A DNA stretch of 43,306 bases from Candidatus Hadarchaeota archaeon (lineage in GTDB: Archaea > Hadarchaeota > Hadarchaeia > Hadarchaeales > Hadarchaeaceae), in contig CAYSRF010000001.1 in NCBI GenBank assembly GCA_964433595.1, positions 1-43,306 on the forward strand. Reading direction: 5' to 3'. The notes beneath the pieces are model-generated. The model was given only the letters and a program-made list of their open reading frames with translations, did no database searches and was not told where the DNA came from. Position numbers and translations under genes: made by a program. Positions 1 to 9,432 of this stretch are shown here, in pieces (the first letter of the stretch is position 1; each line of letters starts with the position of its first letter).

Positions 1-1328
1 CCGCTAAGGACAAACCAGCCAAAGTCTCCACGATCCAAACCCGCCGGTACCGCCGCCCTCCACCGATTCCGTTCGACCTCGGACTCCTACAATCGGAGGC
101 GTACCGCTGCTTCGGCTACACCCCGATGCGAACGCAACAGCTCGCGCAGTTCCTCTACCAAGCCGCACTCATAAGCTATCCTAGGACCAGCAGCCAAAAG
201 CTCCCCCCAACGATCAACTACGCCAAAATTATCGAGCAACTCGGCGATATCTCAAAGCAATACAAGCGATTCGCGGATGAACTGCTCGCCGCGCCGGAGC
301 TGAAGCCAAACGAAGGCAAAAAAATTGATCCCGCGCACCCAGCCGTTTTCCCGACTGGCGAGAAACCCGAGAAGCTTGCGGGGCCCCAACAGAAGCTGTA
401 TGACTTGATCGCCCGGCGCTTCTTCTCGGTCTTCGGGAAGCCTGCGCTCGCGGAGAGCATCCGGGTCGAGCTCGATGTGGGAGGGCAACCCTTCTTCCTG
501 CGGGGGCGGCGGGTGCTCGAGGAGGGGTGGCTCGCTTACTATGGCCGCTACGGGGCTACCGAGGAGATAATCCTGCCGCAGCTGAGCGAGGGGCAGCAAC
601 TTTCTGTGAAGGAAGTAAAATTCGAGGAAAAGGAAACACAACCTCCCCCCCGCTTTAATCCCTCCTCGATCGTGAAGGAGATGGAACAGCTTGGAATTGG
701 AACAAAGGCTACCAGGGCGCCCATTCTGCAGAACATCTACACGCGGGGCTATATCTTCGGCGACCAGATCACCGTCACCGACTTGGGAATTGAGGCCATC
801 GACGCCCTCCTCAAGCACTGCCCCGAAATCGTAAGCGAGGAGCTGACCGCACAGTTCGAGCGTGAGATGGAGGCAATTCAGGAGGGGAAGCGCGACAAGG
901 AGGAAGTCATCGAAAAGGCGAGGAATGAACTCAACAAACTCTTGGAGAAGTTCAGAACACACCAGCTCGAGATAGGCAGGCAGCTGGGCGAGGCCTACCG
1001 CATCACCCGCCAGAAACAGCGCATCATGGGCACCTGTGCGAAGTGTGGCGGAGATCTGAAAATAGTTGTCTCGCGCGCCACCCACAAGCGTTTTGTCGGA
1101 TGTTCAAACTACCCAAAGTGCAAGAACTCTTTCCCGCTCCCCCAGGCCGGGATGATCATCTCGCTAGGGAAGACCTGCGAGCAGTGCGGGGCCCCGATGA
1201 TTCAGGTAAACCGCATCGGGATGAGGCCCTACCGGATGTGTTTAGATCCAAAGTGTCCGAGCAAAGCGGATTGGGGCAAAAAGAAAGCGGGCAAATCTAC
1301 AAAGACTTCCAAGAAAATTGAAACATAA
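1..1328 (+). CDS. topA: DNA topoisomerase, type IA (Topo I/III-like), C-terminal part; the 5' end runs off the window
   Basis: The frame stays open from base 3, upstream of the listed Met at 126 (translation ...PPPIPFDLGLLQSEAYRCFGYTPMRTQQLAQFLYQAALISYPRTSSQ). This is the conserved type IA domain III/IV region (ISYPRT-S motif). The C-terminus carries Cys4-type zinc-ribbon repeats (CAKCGG...CSNYPKC, CEQCGAP...CLDPKC). Confidence 0.9.
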   Translation, partial: AKDKPAKVSTIQTRRYRRPPPIPFDLGLLQSEAYRCFGYTPMRTQQLAQFLYQAALISYPRTSSQKLPPTINYAKIIEQLGDISKQYKRFADELLAAPELKPNEGKKIDPAHPAVFPTGEKPEKLAGPQQKLYDLIARRFFSVFGKPALAESIRVELDVGGQPFFLRGRRVLEEGWLAYYGRYGATEEIILPQLSEGQQLSVKEVKFEEKETQPPPRFNPSSIVKEMEQLGIGTKATRAPILQNIYTRGYIFGDQITVTDLGIEAIDALLKHCPEIVSEELTAQFEREMEAIQEGKRDKEEVIEKARNELNKLLEKFRTHQLEIGRQLGEAYRITRQKQRIMGTCAKCGGDLKIVVSRATHKRFVGCSNYPKCKNSFPLPQAGMIISLGKTCEQCGAPMIQVNRIGMRPYRMCLDPKCPSKADWGKKKAGKSTKTSKKIET

Positions 1329-1380
1329 GGTTAACGCTAGTTTTAAATAGTGGAAACGTGTACTTTAACACGGTGGGAAT

Positions 1381-1614
1381 GTGGGAACAGCTGTGGAAAT
1401 GGACTCGAAGGGGCGGCTGTTGATACCAATCGAGCTCAGGGAGGAGCTGGGTGCAGATGAATTTATTCTGGAAAAAGTAGAGGGTGGGCTCCTGTTGAAA
1501 CCCATTCCGATGATAAAGGACCCCTTAGAATATGCGAAAAAAATTGCTATCAAAGATGCTAGACCGGTCAAGGAGATCAGAAGATGGATAAGGCGAGAAC
1601 TCGAACGTCGATGA
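1381..1614 (+). CDS. vapB: AbrB/SpoVT-type antitoxin (VapB-like)
   Basis: 77 aa. KGRLLIPIELREELG is the swapped-hairpin AbrB/SpoVT signature. The stop overlaps the downstream PIN gene start in an ATGA junction at 1611-1614. A GGTGGGA SD lies just upstream. An alternative start is the ATG at 1399. Confidence 0.75.
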   Translation: MGTAVEMDSKGRLLIPIELREELGADEFILEKVEGGLLLKPIPMIKDPLEYAKKIAIKDARPVKEIRRWIRRELERR

Positions 1615-2036
1615 AGTACTATCTAGATGCTGATCTTTTTATTGCCATGCTAAAAGAAGACGACGAGCTAAAGCCAAGTGCGACTACGATTTTTACTGCT
1701 GCAAAGCAAGGAAAGGTTGAAGTTTCCACGTCGACGGCAACTTTACTTGAAATCCTTTTTTGGGCTTCAAAAGTTAGGGCCAAAAGAGCCAAAATCAGGG
1801 AATACCTTCGAGTGGCGGCACGATTGGTTTCGAACGTTGCCCCATTGGGATACGAGGATTTAATCATTGCTGCCGAATTTCTTCAGACCCAACCAGTGTT
1901 TACCCTCGATGCAATACACGCTGCGGCGGCGGGCATGTGGCCCATTCTAAGCTCGGACACGATTTACGAAAGATTAGGCATTCAAAGGATCGAGCCAATC
2001 AAATTTGCTGACGACCTCAAGAAAGCCTCCACTTGA
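1611..2036 (+). CDS. vapC: PIN-domain ribonuclease toxin (VapC-like)
   Basis: The in-frame ATG at 1611 (MKYYLDADLFIAML...) overlaps the vapB stop. The N-terminal YLDADL acidic motif and the later LDAIHAAAA are typical of a PIN fold. Size is about 141 aa. The listed ORF start at 1584 lies inside vapB. Confidence 0.75.
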   Translation: MKYYLDADLFIAMLKEDDELKPSATTIFTAAKQGKVEVSTSTATLLEILFWASKVRAKRAKIREYLRVAARLVSNVAPLGYEDLIIAAEFLQTQPVFTLDAIHAAAAGMWPILSSDTIYERLGIQRIEPIKFADDLKKAST

Positions 2037-2072
2037 AGTTAAGAGGGGGGTTACCAACAAGAATGGAAATCG

Positions 2073-3044
2073 TTATTTAACTTTAGATTTACCCACCAAG
2101 CCGAAGTGCGCGAGCATCGCCTCGAGCTGAATCCGCTCGTTCGCCCCCTCGATGAGCCTAAAATCGAACTCGCCCACTCGGTCGATGAGCTCGATCTTCG
2201 TGCGTTCGGGCAGGTCGAGTTTGAAGACTTCGCGATGGACCTGTTTCAAAATATCTTCACCTGCTAACCCCTGGCCGATGAGCAAATCGTAGAGCTTGTT
2301 TCGCGCTTCCTCGAATTTCCCCGCGATAGCTAGCTCGAGCATCTGTCGGACCTCCTCCGGGTGTGCGGCTGCGCTCACTTCGTAAATCGTCTCTCCGTCC
2401 ACCTTCCGCTTCAACGCGGATGCGGCTTGGAGCACGTTAATTGCGCGTCGCATATCTCCCTCACTAACGTAAATTATTGCCTTGATAGCGTCGTCAGTTA
2501 AAGTGAGCTTTTCGCCGCGGGCTATGCGCTTGAGCATCTGGGCGACCTCCTTTTCTGAAAGGCGCTTGAAGCGAAATATGGCGCAGCGCGATTGGATGGG
2601 TTCGATGATCCGGCTTGAAAAATTACAAGCGAGGATGAACCGGCAGGTGTGGGTATACATCTCCATTGTTCGTCGCAGCGCATGTTGAGCATCCGATGTT
2701 AGGGCATCGCTCTCGTCGAGGTAAATTATCTTGTATGGGAAATCGCCGATGGGCCGTGTTCGAGCGTAGTCTTTGACTTTTGTTCGGACTACATCGATGC
2801 CTCGCTCATCACTGGCATTTAAATCGAGCAAGTTCTGACGCCAGCCGCCGCCGAAAAGTTCGTGCGCTATACAGAGCGCCGCGCAAGTCTTGCCAACACC
2901 TGGGGGGCCAGCAAACAAAAGATGGGGCAAAGATTTTTTCTCGACAAACATTTGAAGTCTGTTCACTATCTCCTGCTGCCCCACGATCTCTGAGAGCTTC
3001 TGGGGGCGATATTTCTCTACCCATATCTCCTCTGCTTCAACCAT
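2073..3044 (-). CDS. rfcS: Replication factor C small subunit (clamp loader)
   Basis: VEKYRPQKL RFC box II. Walker A GPPGVGKT. Walker B YLDESDALT. SRC motif QSRCAIFRF. 323 aa, the normal length, so no intein. Confidence 0.95.
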   Translation of the reverse strand: MVEAEEIWVEKYRPQKLSEIVGQQEIVNRLQMFVEKKSLPHLLFAGPPGVGKTCAALCIAHELFGGGWRQNLLDLNASDERGIDVVRTKVKDYARTRPIGDFPYKIIYLDESDALTSDAQHALRRTMEMYTHTCRFILACNFSSRIIEPIQSRCAIFRFKRLSEKEVAQMLKRIARGEKLTLTDDAIKAIIYVSEGDMRRAINVLQAASALKRKVDGETIYEVSAAAHPEEVRQMLELAIAGKFEEARNKLYDLLIGQGLAGEDILKQVHREVFKLDLPERTKIELIDRVGEFDFRLIEGANERIQLEAMLAHFGLVGKSKVK

Positions 3045-3434
3045 CTACGCCCGCCTCAGCTTCTCCCGCATCAGCTTCTTCGAGGTTTTCCCGAACGATT
3101 CGAGCAAGCTATCGAGCATCTTGTCGACTATCTCCCGCTCAAACCTTCTGCGGGAAACCTTAACTTTATAAATGTATTTCAGGCCCCCTCGCCCTTTGCT
3201 CACGCTTGAAGCCAGCAGGCCGCGTTTGCAAAGCGAGTTCATGATTGCGTTGACCGTCGAGCGATTGACTGAGTGTTTGCTCTTTAATAAGGTGTGAACG
3301 GTGCGAGCGGTTGAGCGTTTTTCTCGCCACATGATTGTCATAACCTCGGATTCAAGCGGGCTCAAGACGGTCAGCGGTCCTTTCCTGTGCGGCTTGTACT
3401 CAGTCCAGCTGAACAAACCAATCACCAAAAACAA
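3045..3434 (-). CDS. BlaI/MecI/CopY-family winged-helix transcriptional repressor-like protein
   Basis: LSPLESEVMTIMWREKRSTARTVHTLL...NRSTVNAIMNSLCKRGLL...YIYKVKVSRRRFE matches the Penicillinase_R layout. Its TAG stop is directly contiguous with the rfcS ATG (TAGATG at 3047-3042 on the minus strand). The N-terminal extent is uncertain; an internal TTG is possible. Confidence 0.65.
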   Translation of the reverse strand: MFLVIGLFSWTEYKPHRKGPLTVLSPLESEVMTIMWREKRSTARTVHTLLKSKHSVNRSTVNAIMNSLCKRGLLASSVSKGRGGLKYIYKVKVSRRRFEREIVDKMLDSLLESFGKTSKKLMREKLRRA

Positions 3435-3587
3435 ACCAGAATTGACTTGCTTAGATAAAAATGTTAGCCCCCACGATAATACCGTTAATCTATTGACTCG
3501 GGCCGTGAGTAGCCAATTCTTTTTAAAGTTTACAGTACCGCCCGCGATATTTTTAGGTTCAAACTCAAACTAGGTTCGGGTTTCAAA

Positions 3588-6500
3588 ATGATTCAACCCG
3601 CTGTAAGGGCATACGATGCGCGCAAATTCGAGCCGGAGATTCAAGAGTGGTGGCAAACGAGCAACACCTACGAAAAGGTGAAGCAGCTCCGCTCGGATGC
3701 CAAGCCTTGGTACTTCCTCGACGGCCCACCCTACGCGAGCGGGGCCATCCACCTGGGGACCGCCTGGAACAAGATAATCAAGGACGTCATCTTGCGCTAC
3801 ATGAGCATGCGCGGCTTCAACGTGCTCCGCCAACCCGGATGGGACTGCCACGGGTTGCCAATCGAGGTCAAAGTTGAGGAGAAGCTTGGCATCAAGACCA
3901 AAAAAGAAATCGAGCAGCGACTGGGAGTTGAAAAATTTATCCAGCAGTGCAAGCAGTGGGCCCTCGACCACATCTCGCTGATGACCAAGCAGTTCAAGCG
4001 TCTGGGTGTGTGGATGGACTGGGACAACCCCTACATCACCTTCACCAACGACTACATCGAGTCGGCTTGGTGGACCCTGAAGCGCGCTTACAAACGTGGC
4101 CTCATGCGGAAAGACCTGCGGGTGATCCACTGGTGCCCTCGTTGTGAGACGGCGCTGGCGGAGCATGAGGTTCGGGGGGAATATTACGACGTTCGAGACC
4201 CCTCGCTATTCGCTCGCTTCAAGCTCCGCGACCGACCGAACGAATACCTGCTAATCTGGACCACTACGCCTTGGACTTTGCCCGCTGACATGGCGGTGTG
4301 CGTGCACCCCGAATACGCTTACGCGAAAGTCGCTGTCGACAAAGAAGTTTACATCTTAGCAGAGGCCCTCGTCGAGAAAGTCATGAAAGAACTCGGAATC
4401 AAAGAGTACAAAGTGCTCGGCTCGATGAAGGGGAGGGAGCTCAAGGGGCTGCGCTACGAGCACCCGCTGCTCAAGGAGGTGCCGAAGCAGAACGAGTACG
4501 TGCGGCACCACCGGGTGATCTGCGGCGAGTACGTGACGCTTGATGAGGGCACGGGCTGCGTCCACACTGCTCCGGGGCACGGAGAAGAGGACTTCGTGAG
4601 TGGGGTGCACTACGGCCTGCCAGTGTTCAGCCCTGTTGGTCCCGATGGAAAGTTCACCAAAGACGCTGGAAAATACAAGGGAATTTTCGTGAAGGACGCT
4701 GACCGAGTTATTCTCGATGACATCCGCCGGAATGGCGTGCTCATGAAGCACGGAGTCATCACTCATGCTTACCCCCACTGCTGGCGCTGTCAGACTCCTC
4801 TCCTCTTTCGCGCGACCGACCAGTGGTTCCTGCGTGTTTCCGAGATCAAACCCAAAATCCTTGAGAAAAATGTCGAGCGCGTGCGATGGGTGCCGGACTG
4901 GGTCGCGATGCGCTACGTGAACGGAGTTGAGTCGGTGGGGGACTGGTGCATCTCCCGCCAGCGCTACTGGGGCATTCCCCTCCCGATTTGGACATGTCAA
5001 CGATGTCATGAAATAATTGTAATCGGCAGTTTGGAGGAGCTGAAGAGCACGGCGAAAATATCAATCGGTGAGATCGACCTGCACCGCCCCGATGTAGACC
5101 GGATCATGTTGAGCTGCCCACGATGCGGGGGCGATGCCAAACGGGTGCCCGATGTGCTCGACGTGTGGTTCGACTCAGGAATTGCCTCTTGGGCGAGCCT
5201 CGGCTATCCCCAGCGGCGCGAACGCTTCGAGCAGCTCTGGCCCAGCGAGTTCATAACCGAGGGCGAGGACCAAGTGACGAAGTGGTTCTATAGTCAACAA
5301 GTGGTATCGATCGTCGCCTTCGATGAGATGCCCTACAAGGCCGTGCTGATGCATGGGTTCGCCCTTGACGAGCATGGACAGAAGATGTCGAAGTCGTTAG
5401 GGAACGTGGTGGACTCCCAAGAGGTCATCGAAAAGTACGGAGCTGACGTGCTGCGCTTCTACATGCTGTCAGCGAACTCCCCCTGGGAGGACCTCCGGTT
5501 CAGCTGGAAGGGGGTAGATCTCGTTGCGCGGATGCTGAACGTGCTCTGGAACGTCCACGTATTCGCGACCACATACATGGCGCTTGACGAGTTCAACCCA
5601 AAAAAAATCGATCTAAAGAGGGTACGCGAAAACTTCATGCCCGAGGACTTCTGGATGATCTCTCGCATCAACAGCGTGACGCGTGATGTTACAAAGGCGT
5701 TCCAAGAGTTCGACTTACACCGCGCCACCCGAACCCTCGCGTCGTTCGTGCTCGAGGATCTCAGCCGGTGGTACGTGCGCCTCGTGCGCGAGCGCGTTTG
5801 GATCGAGCGGGACGACCCTAGGAAGCTTGCTGCCTACGTTGTGCTCTACCAAGCCCTTCACATATTGGTCAGGCTGCTCGCGCCGCTCATGCCCCACGTG
5901 AGTGAGGTGATGTACCGCGATCTGGTCAAGGCTGCAGATGCTGGGGCACCGGAGAGCGTGCACATGCTTCCTTGGCCATCTATCGACCAGCGGGCGATCG
6001 ATGCTGAACTCGAACGGGGGATGAATATTGTGCGTGCATTCGTTGAGGGGGGCGCGGCAGTTAGGCAGCAGGCGCGACTGAAATTGCGATGGCCTGTGAG
6101 CAAGGCTGTGATTCGGGCCTCCTCGCGAGAAGTGAAATCTTCCCTCCGAGGACTTCGGGGCGTGCTCCAGGGTCAGCTGAACTGCAAGGAGCTAGTCCTA
6201 CTCGAGCCTGAGGAGCAGGACGTTGAGCTCCGCCTCGCGTGTAAACCTGATGTACAACGCCTACAGGAAAGGCTGGGAAGACTCTCGCAGCTAGTCATCG
6301 ATGAGCTTCAAAGGCGGGATGTCTTTCGTTTGCGCGCTGAGGTACAACGCTATGGAGCTGTTGGGCTGCAAATCGAGGGACAAAAAGTCAGCGTTTCATC
6401 CGAGGAGCTGAGCTTCGAAGAGGAGCTACCGGAGGGTTTCGCCGCGATCCCCACGGAGTTCGGCAGGGTAGCGATTGACGCTCGAATGACTCCCGAGTTA

Positions 6501-6779
6501 CAAGCCGAGTGTTTGGCGCGGGAGCTCGTCCGACGGCTGCAGACAATGCGCAAGGAGTTGGACCTCGCGATGGAAGAGCGGGTCGACGTAGTGGTGGGCA
6601 CGAAGGTGGACGAGTATATCAAGCTCCTCGCCACCCAGCAAGATTACATCTCGCGGGAGGTGCGGGTGCGAAACCTCCGCATCTGCCGCGCAAGCGAGGT
6701 CGAAGAACTAGGCTACATTAAAAAATGGAACGTTGATGGCGACAGCTTCAAACTACTAGTGAAGCGCCTATCTACCTAG
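3588..6779 (+). CDS. ileS: Isoleucyl-tRNA synthetase
   Basis: 1063 aa. Class I HIGH-type motif PYASGAIHLGTAWNK, a KMSKS motif, the CP1 editing region, and Cys pairs (CPRC...CWRC, CQRC, CPRCGG). A TTTTTAAAG TATA-like box lies about 60 nt upstream. Confidence 0.95.
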   Translation: MIQPAVRAYDARKFEPEIQEWWQTSNTYEKVKQLRSDAKPWYFLDGPPYASGAIHLGTAWNKIIKDVILRYMSMRGFNVLRQPGWDCHGLPIEVKVEEKLGIKTKKEIEQRLGVEKFIQQCKQWALDHISLMTKQFKRLGVWMDWDNPYITFTNDYIESAWWTLKRAYKRGLMRKDLRVIHWCPRCETALAEHEVRGEYYDVRDPSLFARFKLRDRPNEYLLIWTTTPWTLPADMAVCVHPEYAYAKVAVDKEVYILAEALVEKVMKELGIKEYKVLGSMKGRELKGLRYEHPLLKEVPKQNEYVRHHRVICGEYVTLDEGTGCVHTAPGHGEEDFVSGVHYGLPVFSPVGPDGKFTKDAGKYKGIFVKDADRVILDDIRRNGVLMKHGVITHAYPHCWRCQTPLLFRATDQWFLRVSEIKPKILEKNVERVRWVPDWVAMRYVNGVESVGDWCISRQRYWGIPLPIWTCQRCHEIIVIGSLEELKSTAKISIGEIDLHRPDVDRIMLSCPRCGGDAKRVPDVLDVWFDSGIASWASLGYPQRRERFEQLWPSEFITEGEDQVTKWFYSQQVVSIVAFDEMPYKAVLMHGFALDEHGQKMSKSLGNVVDSQEVIEKYGADVLRFYMLSANSPWEDLRFSWKGVDLVARMLNVLWNVHVFATTYMALDEFNPKKIDLKRVRENFMPEDFWMISRINSVTRDVTKAFQEFDLHRATRTLASFVLEDLSRWYVRLVRERVWIERDDPRKLAAYVVLYQALHILVRLLAPLMPHVSEVMYRDLVKAADAGAPESVHMLPWPSIDQRAIDAELERGMNIVRAFVEGGAAVRQQARLKLRWPVSKAVIRASSREVKSSLRGLRGVLQGQLNCKELVLLEPEEQDVELRLACKPDVQRLQERLGRLSQLVIDELQRRDVFRLRAEVQRYGAVGLQIEGQKVSVSSEELSFEEELPEGFAAIPTEFGRVAIDARMTPELQAECLARELVRRLQTMRKELDLAMEERVDVVVGTKVDEYIKLLATQQDYISREVRVRNLRICRASEVEELGYIKKWNVDGDSFKLLVKRLST

Positions 6780-6836
6780 CAGGGTTTTCCTTTTTTCTTC
6801 GACTTTTTACATGGCATTTTTTTCACCTATTTGTTA

Positions 6837-7211
6837 TTATCTCCCCCACATATTCCGGAGGACGGCTTTCTGGTACTTCTTCATTAAGCTGCCTCGGATG
6901 TGCTTGAGGTGCTTTATCTTGATGTCAAACTTGTGGACCAACGCGGCCGTTATCATCACGGGCGCTGCGGGGGCTCCCACGAGCAAGGAGATCCAGTTTG
7001 GCGGAGCATTCCCAAAAAGTTCGACGTTCACCATTACGATCGCGAAGAAGAAAGCCGAAAGGCCAAAGACCCATGCCGCGAACCCAAACTTCAGCATGTT
7101 CTTTGTAAACAACGGTTTATTTTCCTCTAAGCGGTGAAGCTTATCCTCGGTGATCCTGAGCTGCTGCTTTACATCCACGAATTTTCTGGACGCTTTCCGC
7201 TTCTTGGGCAT
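6837..7211 (-). CDS. Hypothetical small membrane protein (basic N-terminus, two predicted TM helices)
   Basis: 124 aa. It has hydrophobic stretches FGFAAWVFGLSAFFFAIVMV and ISLLVGAPAAPVMITAALV, and fills an otherwise empty intergenic gap. No recognisable family. Confidence 0.5.
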   Translation of the reverse strand: MPKKRKASRKFVDVKQQLRITEDKLHRLEENKPLFTKNMLKFGFAAWVFGLSAFFFAIVMVNVELFGNAPPNWISLLVGAPAAPVMITAALVHKFDIKIKHLKHIRGSLMKKYQKAVLRNMWGR

Positions 7212-7282
7212 GATATTCTCACTTTATACTTATCCATAGCTGATTAATATAACTGCATTATCAAGTTTGAAAGGGGCAGCAA

Positions 7283-8554
7283 ATGCGCAAGACTTCCGAG
7301 CTTTCTGGCTTTTACAAGCTGAGCCCAGAGAAGAGGCTGAAGATCGTGCGGGAGTTAGCAGGACTGAGCGAGGAGGAGGCCGAACTCCTTCGCAAGACCG
7401 GCGCGTTAGAGCTCAAGCAGGCAAACCGCATGATCGAAAACGTGATCGGCACTACTGAGTTGCCTCTAGGTATAGCAACTAACTTCCTCATCAACAACAG
7501 GGATTACCTCATCCCCATGGCGCTCGAGGAACCCTCAGTCGTAGCTGCTGCTTCGAACGCTGCGAAGATGGCCCGCCCAGGTGGGGGTTTCCGCACCGAG
7601 AGCACGCCGCCGATCATGGTGGGACAGATCCAGCTTGTCGATGTCAAGAACCCCGTAGAGGCGAGGGAGAAAATCCTCAAAGCTAAGAAGCGAATCCTGT
7701 CGAAGGCGAATGAACAGGATCCAATCCTCGTAAAGCTGGGCGGTGGCGCGAAGGACATCGAAGTACGGGTGCTCACTACTGACCGCGGTCAAATGACAAT
7801 CATCCATTTGCTTATCGACGTGCGTGACGCGATGGGGGCGAACGTCATCAATACCATGTGTGAAGTGGTCGCGCCCCTGATCGAGGAGCTGACGGGGGGC
7901 AGAGTTTTTCTCCGGATAGTCTCGAACCTCGCCACCTACAGGTTGGCTCGCGCGAATGCGGTCTTCACAAAGGAGGCACTGGGTGGCGAGGAAGTGGTCG
8001 ATGGGATCCTCCAAGCCTATGCTTTCGCTGCCGCCGACCCCTACCGCTGCGCCACCCATAATAAAGGAGTGATGAACGGAGTCATCGCGGTCGCCCTCGC
8101 TACGGCAAACGATACCCGCGCCCTCGAGGCTGGGGCCCACGCTTACGCGGCGAAGGGTGGTGCTTACAAACCGCTGACTCACTGGGAGCGAACGGTCGAG
8201 GGAGACCTCTCCGGCCGGATCGAGCTGCCTGTGGCGGTCGGGACAATCGGGGGGGCGACGGCTGTGCACCCCATTGCAAAAATTTGTAGAAAGATATTAG
8301 GTGTGCAGTCGGCGCGCGAGTTAGGGGAGGTCATGGCGGCGGTCGGGCTGGCGCAAAATCTGGCAGCGATGAGAGCACTCGCTACAGTTGGCGTCCAAGC
8401 CGGTCACATGAAGTTACATGCGCGAAACATAGCCGCAATGGCTGGAGCAAAGGGTGAGTTAATAGACAAAGTGGCGGCACGGTTGGTCGAGGGGCGCAAA
8501 ATCAGGGTCGATCGCGCTAAGGAAATTTTAGAAGAGCTGGCCGAGAAGAAATAA
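7283..8554 (+). CDS. hmgA: Hydroxymethylglutaryl-CoA reductase, class II-type
   Basis: 423 aa. The N-terminus FYKLSPEKRL..., ENVIGT.ELPLGIA, EEPSVVAAASNAAK, DAMGANVINT and GTIGGAT follow the class II (mvaA-like) pattern rather than the membrane-anchored or class I archaeal form. Confidence 0.85.
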   Translation: MRKTSELSGFYKLSPEKRLKIVRELAGLSEEEAELLRKTGALELKQANRMIENVIGTTELPLGIATNFLINNRDYLIPMALEEPSVVAAASNAAKMARPGGGFRTESTPPIMVGQIQLVDVKNPVEAREKILKAKKRILSKANEQDPILVKLGGGAKDIEVRVLTTDRGQMTIIHLLIDVRDAMGANVINTMCEVVAPLIEELTGGRVFLRIVSNLATYRLARANAVFTKEALGGEEVVDGILQAYAFAAADPYRCATHNKGVMNGVIAVALATANDTRALEAGAHAYAAKGGAYKPLTHWERTVEGDLSGRIELPVAVGTIGGATAVHPIAKICRKILGVQSARELGEVMAAVGLAQNLAAMRALATVGVQAGHMKLHARNIAAMAGAKGELIDKVAARLVEGRKIRVDRAKEILEELAEKK

Positions 8555-8581
8555 GATTTATGTAAAACAAAATTCACCCAT

Positions 8582-9331
8582 CTAATAATTTTTTCGAATA
8601 CTCGTTTTGATATCAGTGCACTTCACCCGAATGCCTCGTCTTGCCAATTCCTGAATCACATGAGGGAAGGGTATTAAATATTCGAACTCGAGCTCCTGCA
8701 CTAACCTTCGATCGATCGCGCTCAACTGCTGCTTGAGTTGCTCGAGCTTATCCTTTGGCGCGAACTCCTGCATAATCGCGGCGTGACAGCTCACGCCGGC
8801 ATCGAGCAAGTTTCGAAGCGCAGTGAGCTGCAACTCAAAAGCTCTTGGTTTTGCCCCCGTGAGCTGCGAGAACTGTTCAGCGTTGCACCCCTTCAACGAC
8901 ACCCGAACGTGCAAGTTCTCAAATTTTCTAAGCGCTTGGGCGTAACTTGGGTCGGCTCCAAGCAGGATCCCGTTCGTTTCGAGGATGAAGCGATAGCTCG
9001 TGCGCTCAACAAGTTCAAGCAGTTTGAGCAAGTGTTGCCTGCCTATCGTTGGCTCGTTCCCGCTGACCCGAACCTGTGAATACCCGTGCTTTGAAGCGAT
9101 CGAATCCAACTTGTTGAAAATCTCTTGCGGACTGTAAAAATGGCCGACTCCCTCTGGATTTGTCAGCGGTGCCCTGCTCCAGCAAAATGCGCAGCGCAAG
9201 CAGCAACCAACGCAATCAGCTGTGGCTATACCACCGTAAAATCGTGCAGCCCTAAAACGGTAGAATTTGCGTTCCTCGTCCCGCGCCACTATTTCCTCCA
9301 ACCGCCTAGCTAACTCGACCGGATCATACAT
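8582..9331 (-). CDS. Radical SAM domain protein (function unknown)
   Basis: 249 aa. A CxxxCxxC cluster sits within CVGCCLRCAFCW, followed by VSGNEPT and ILETNG, which are typical of small radical SAM/activase-like proteins. Confidence 0.7.
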   Translation of the reverse strand: MYDPVELARRLEEIVARDEERKFYRFRAARFYGGIATADCVGCCLRCAFCWSRAPLTNPEGVGHFYSPQEIFNKLDSIASKHGYSQVRVSGNEPTIGRQHLLKLLELVERTSYRFILETNGILLGADPSYAQALRKFENLHVRVSLKGCNAEQFSQLTGAKPRAFELQLTALRNLLDAGVSCHAAIMQEFAPKDKLEQLKQQLSAIDRRLVQELEFEYLIPFPHVIQELARRGIRVKCTDIKTSIRKNY

Positions 9332-9432
9332 ATTTTCAACTCAAATCTGCTGTCCGAGCCTGAATACTTTCGGTCACCTCTCCCCAAAAATCCCTATAAG
9401 TGAGAAGCGGGTAATTGTTTTGGGGCTGGATC

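Noticed and set aside
252-1085. 277-aa minus-strand ORF
   Set aside because: It is entirely antisense to the well-supported topoisomerase gene. It has a low-complexity, Leu/Arg/Gly-rich translation typical of shadow ORFs in GC-rich coding DNA.
3570-5009. Minus-strand ORFs of 198 aa and 217 aa inside ileS
   Set aside because: They are antisense shadow ORFs within a gene that has unambiguous class I synthetase motifs. No motifs of their own.
7535-8269. 244-aa minus-strand ORF
   Set aside because: It is antisense to the HMG-CoA reductase gene, and its translation is Arg/Ser/Asp-rich with no recognisable pattern.
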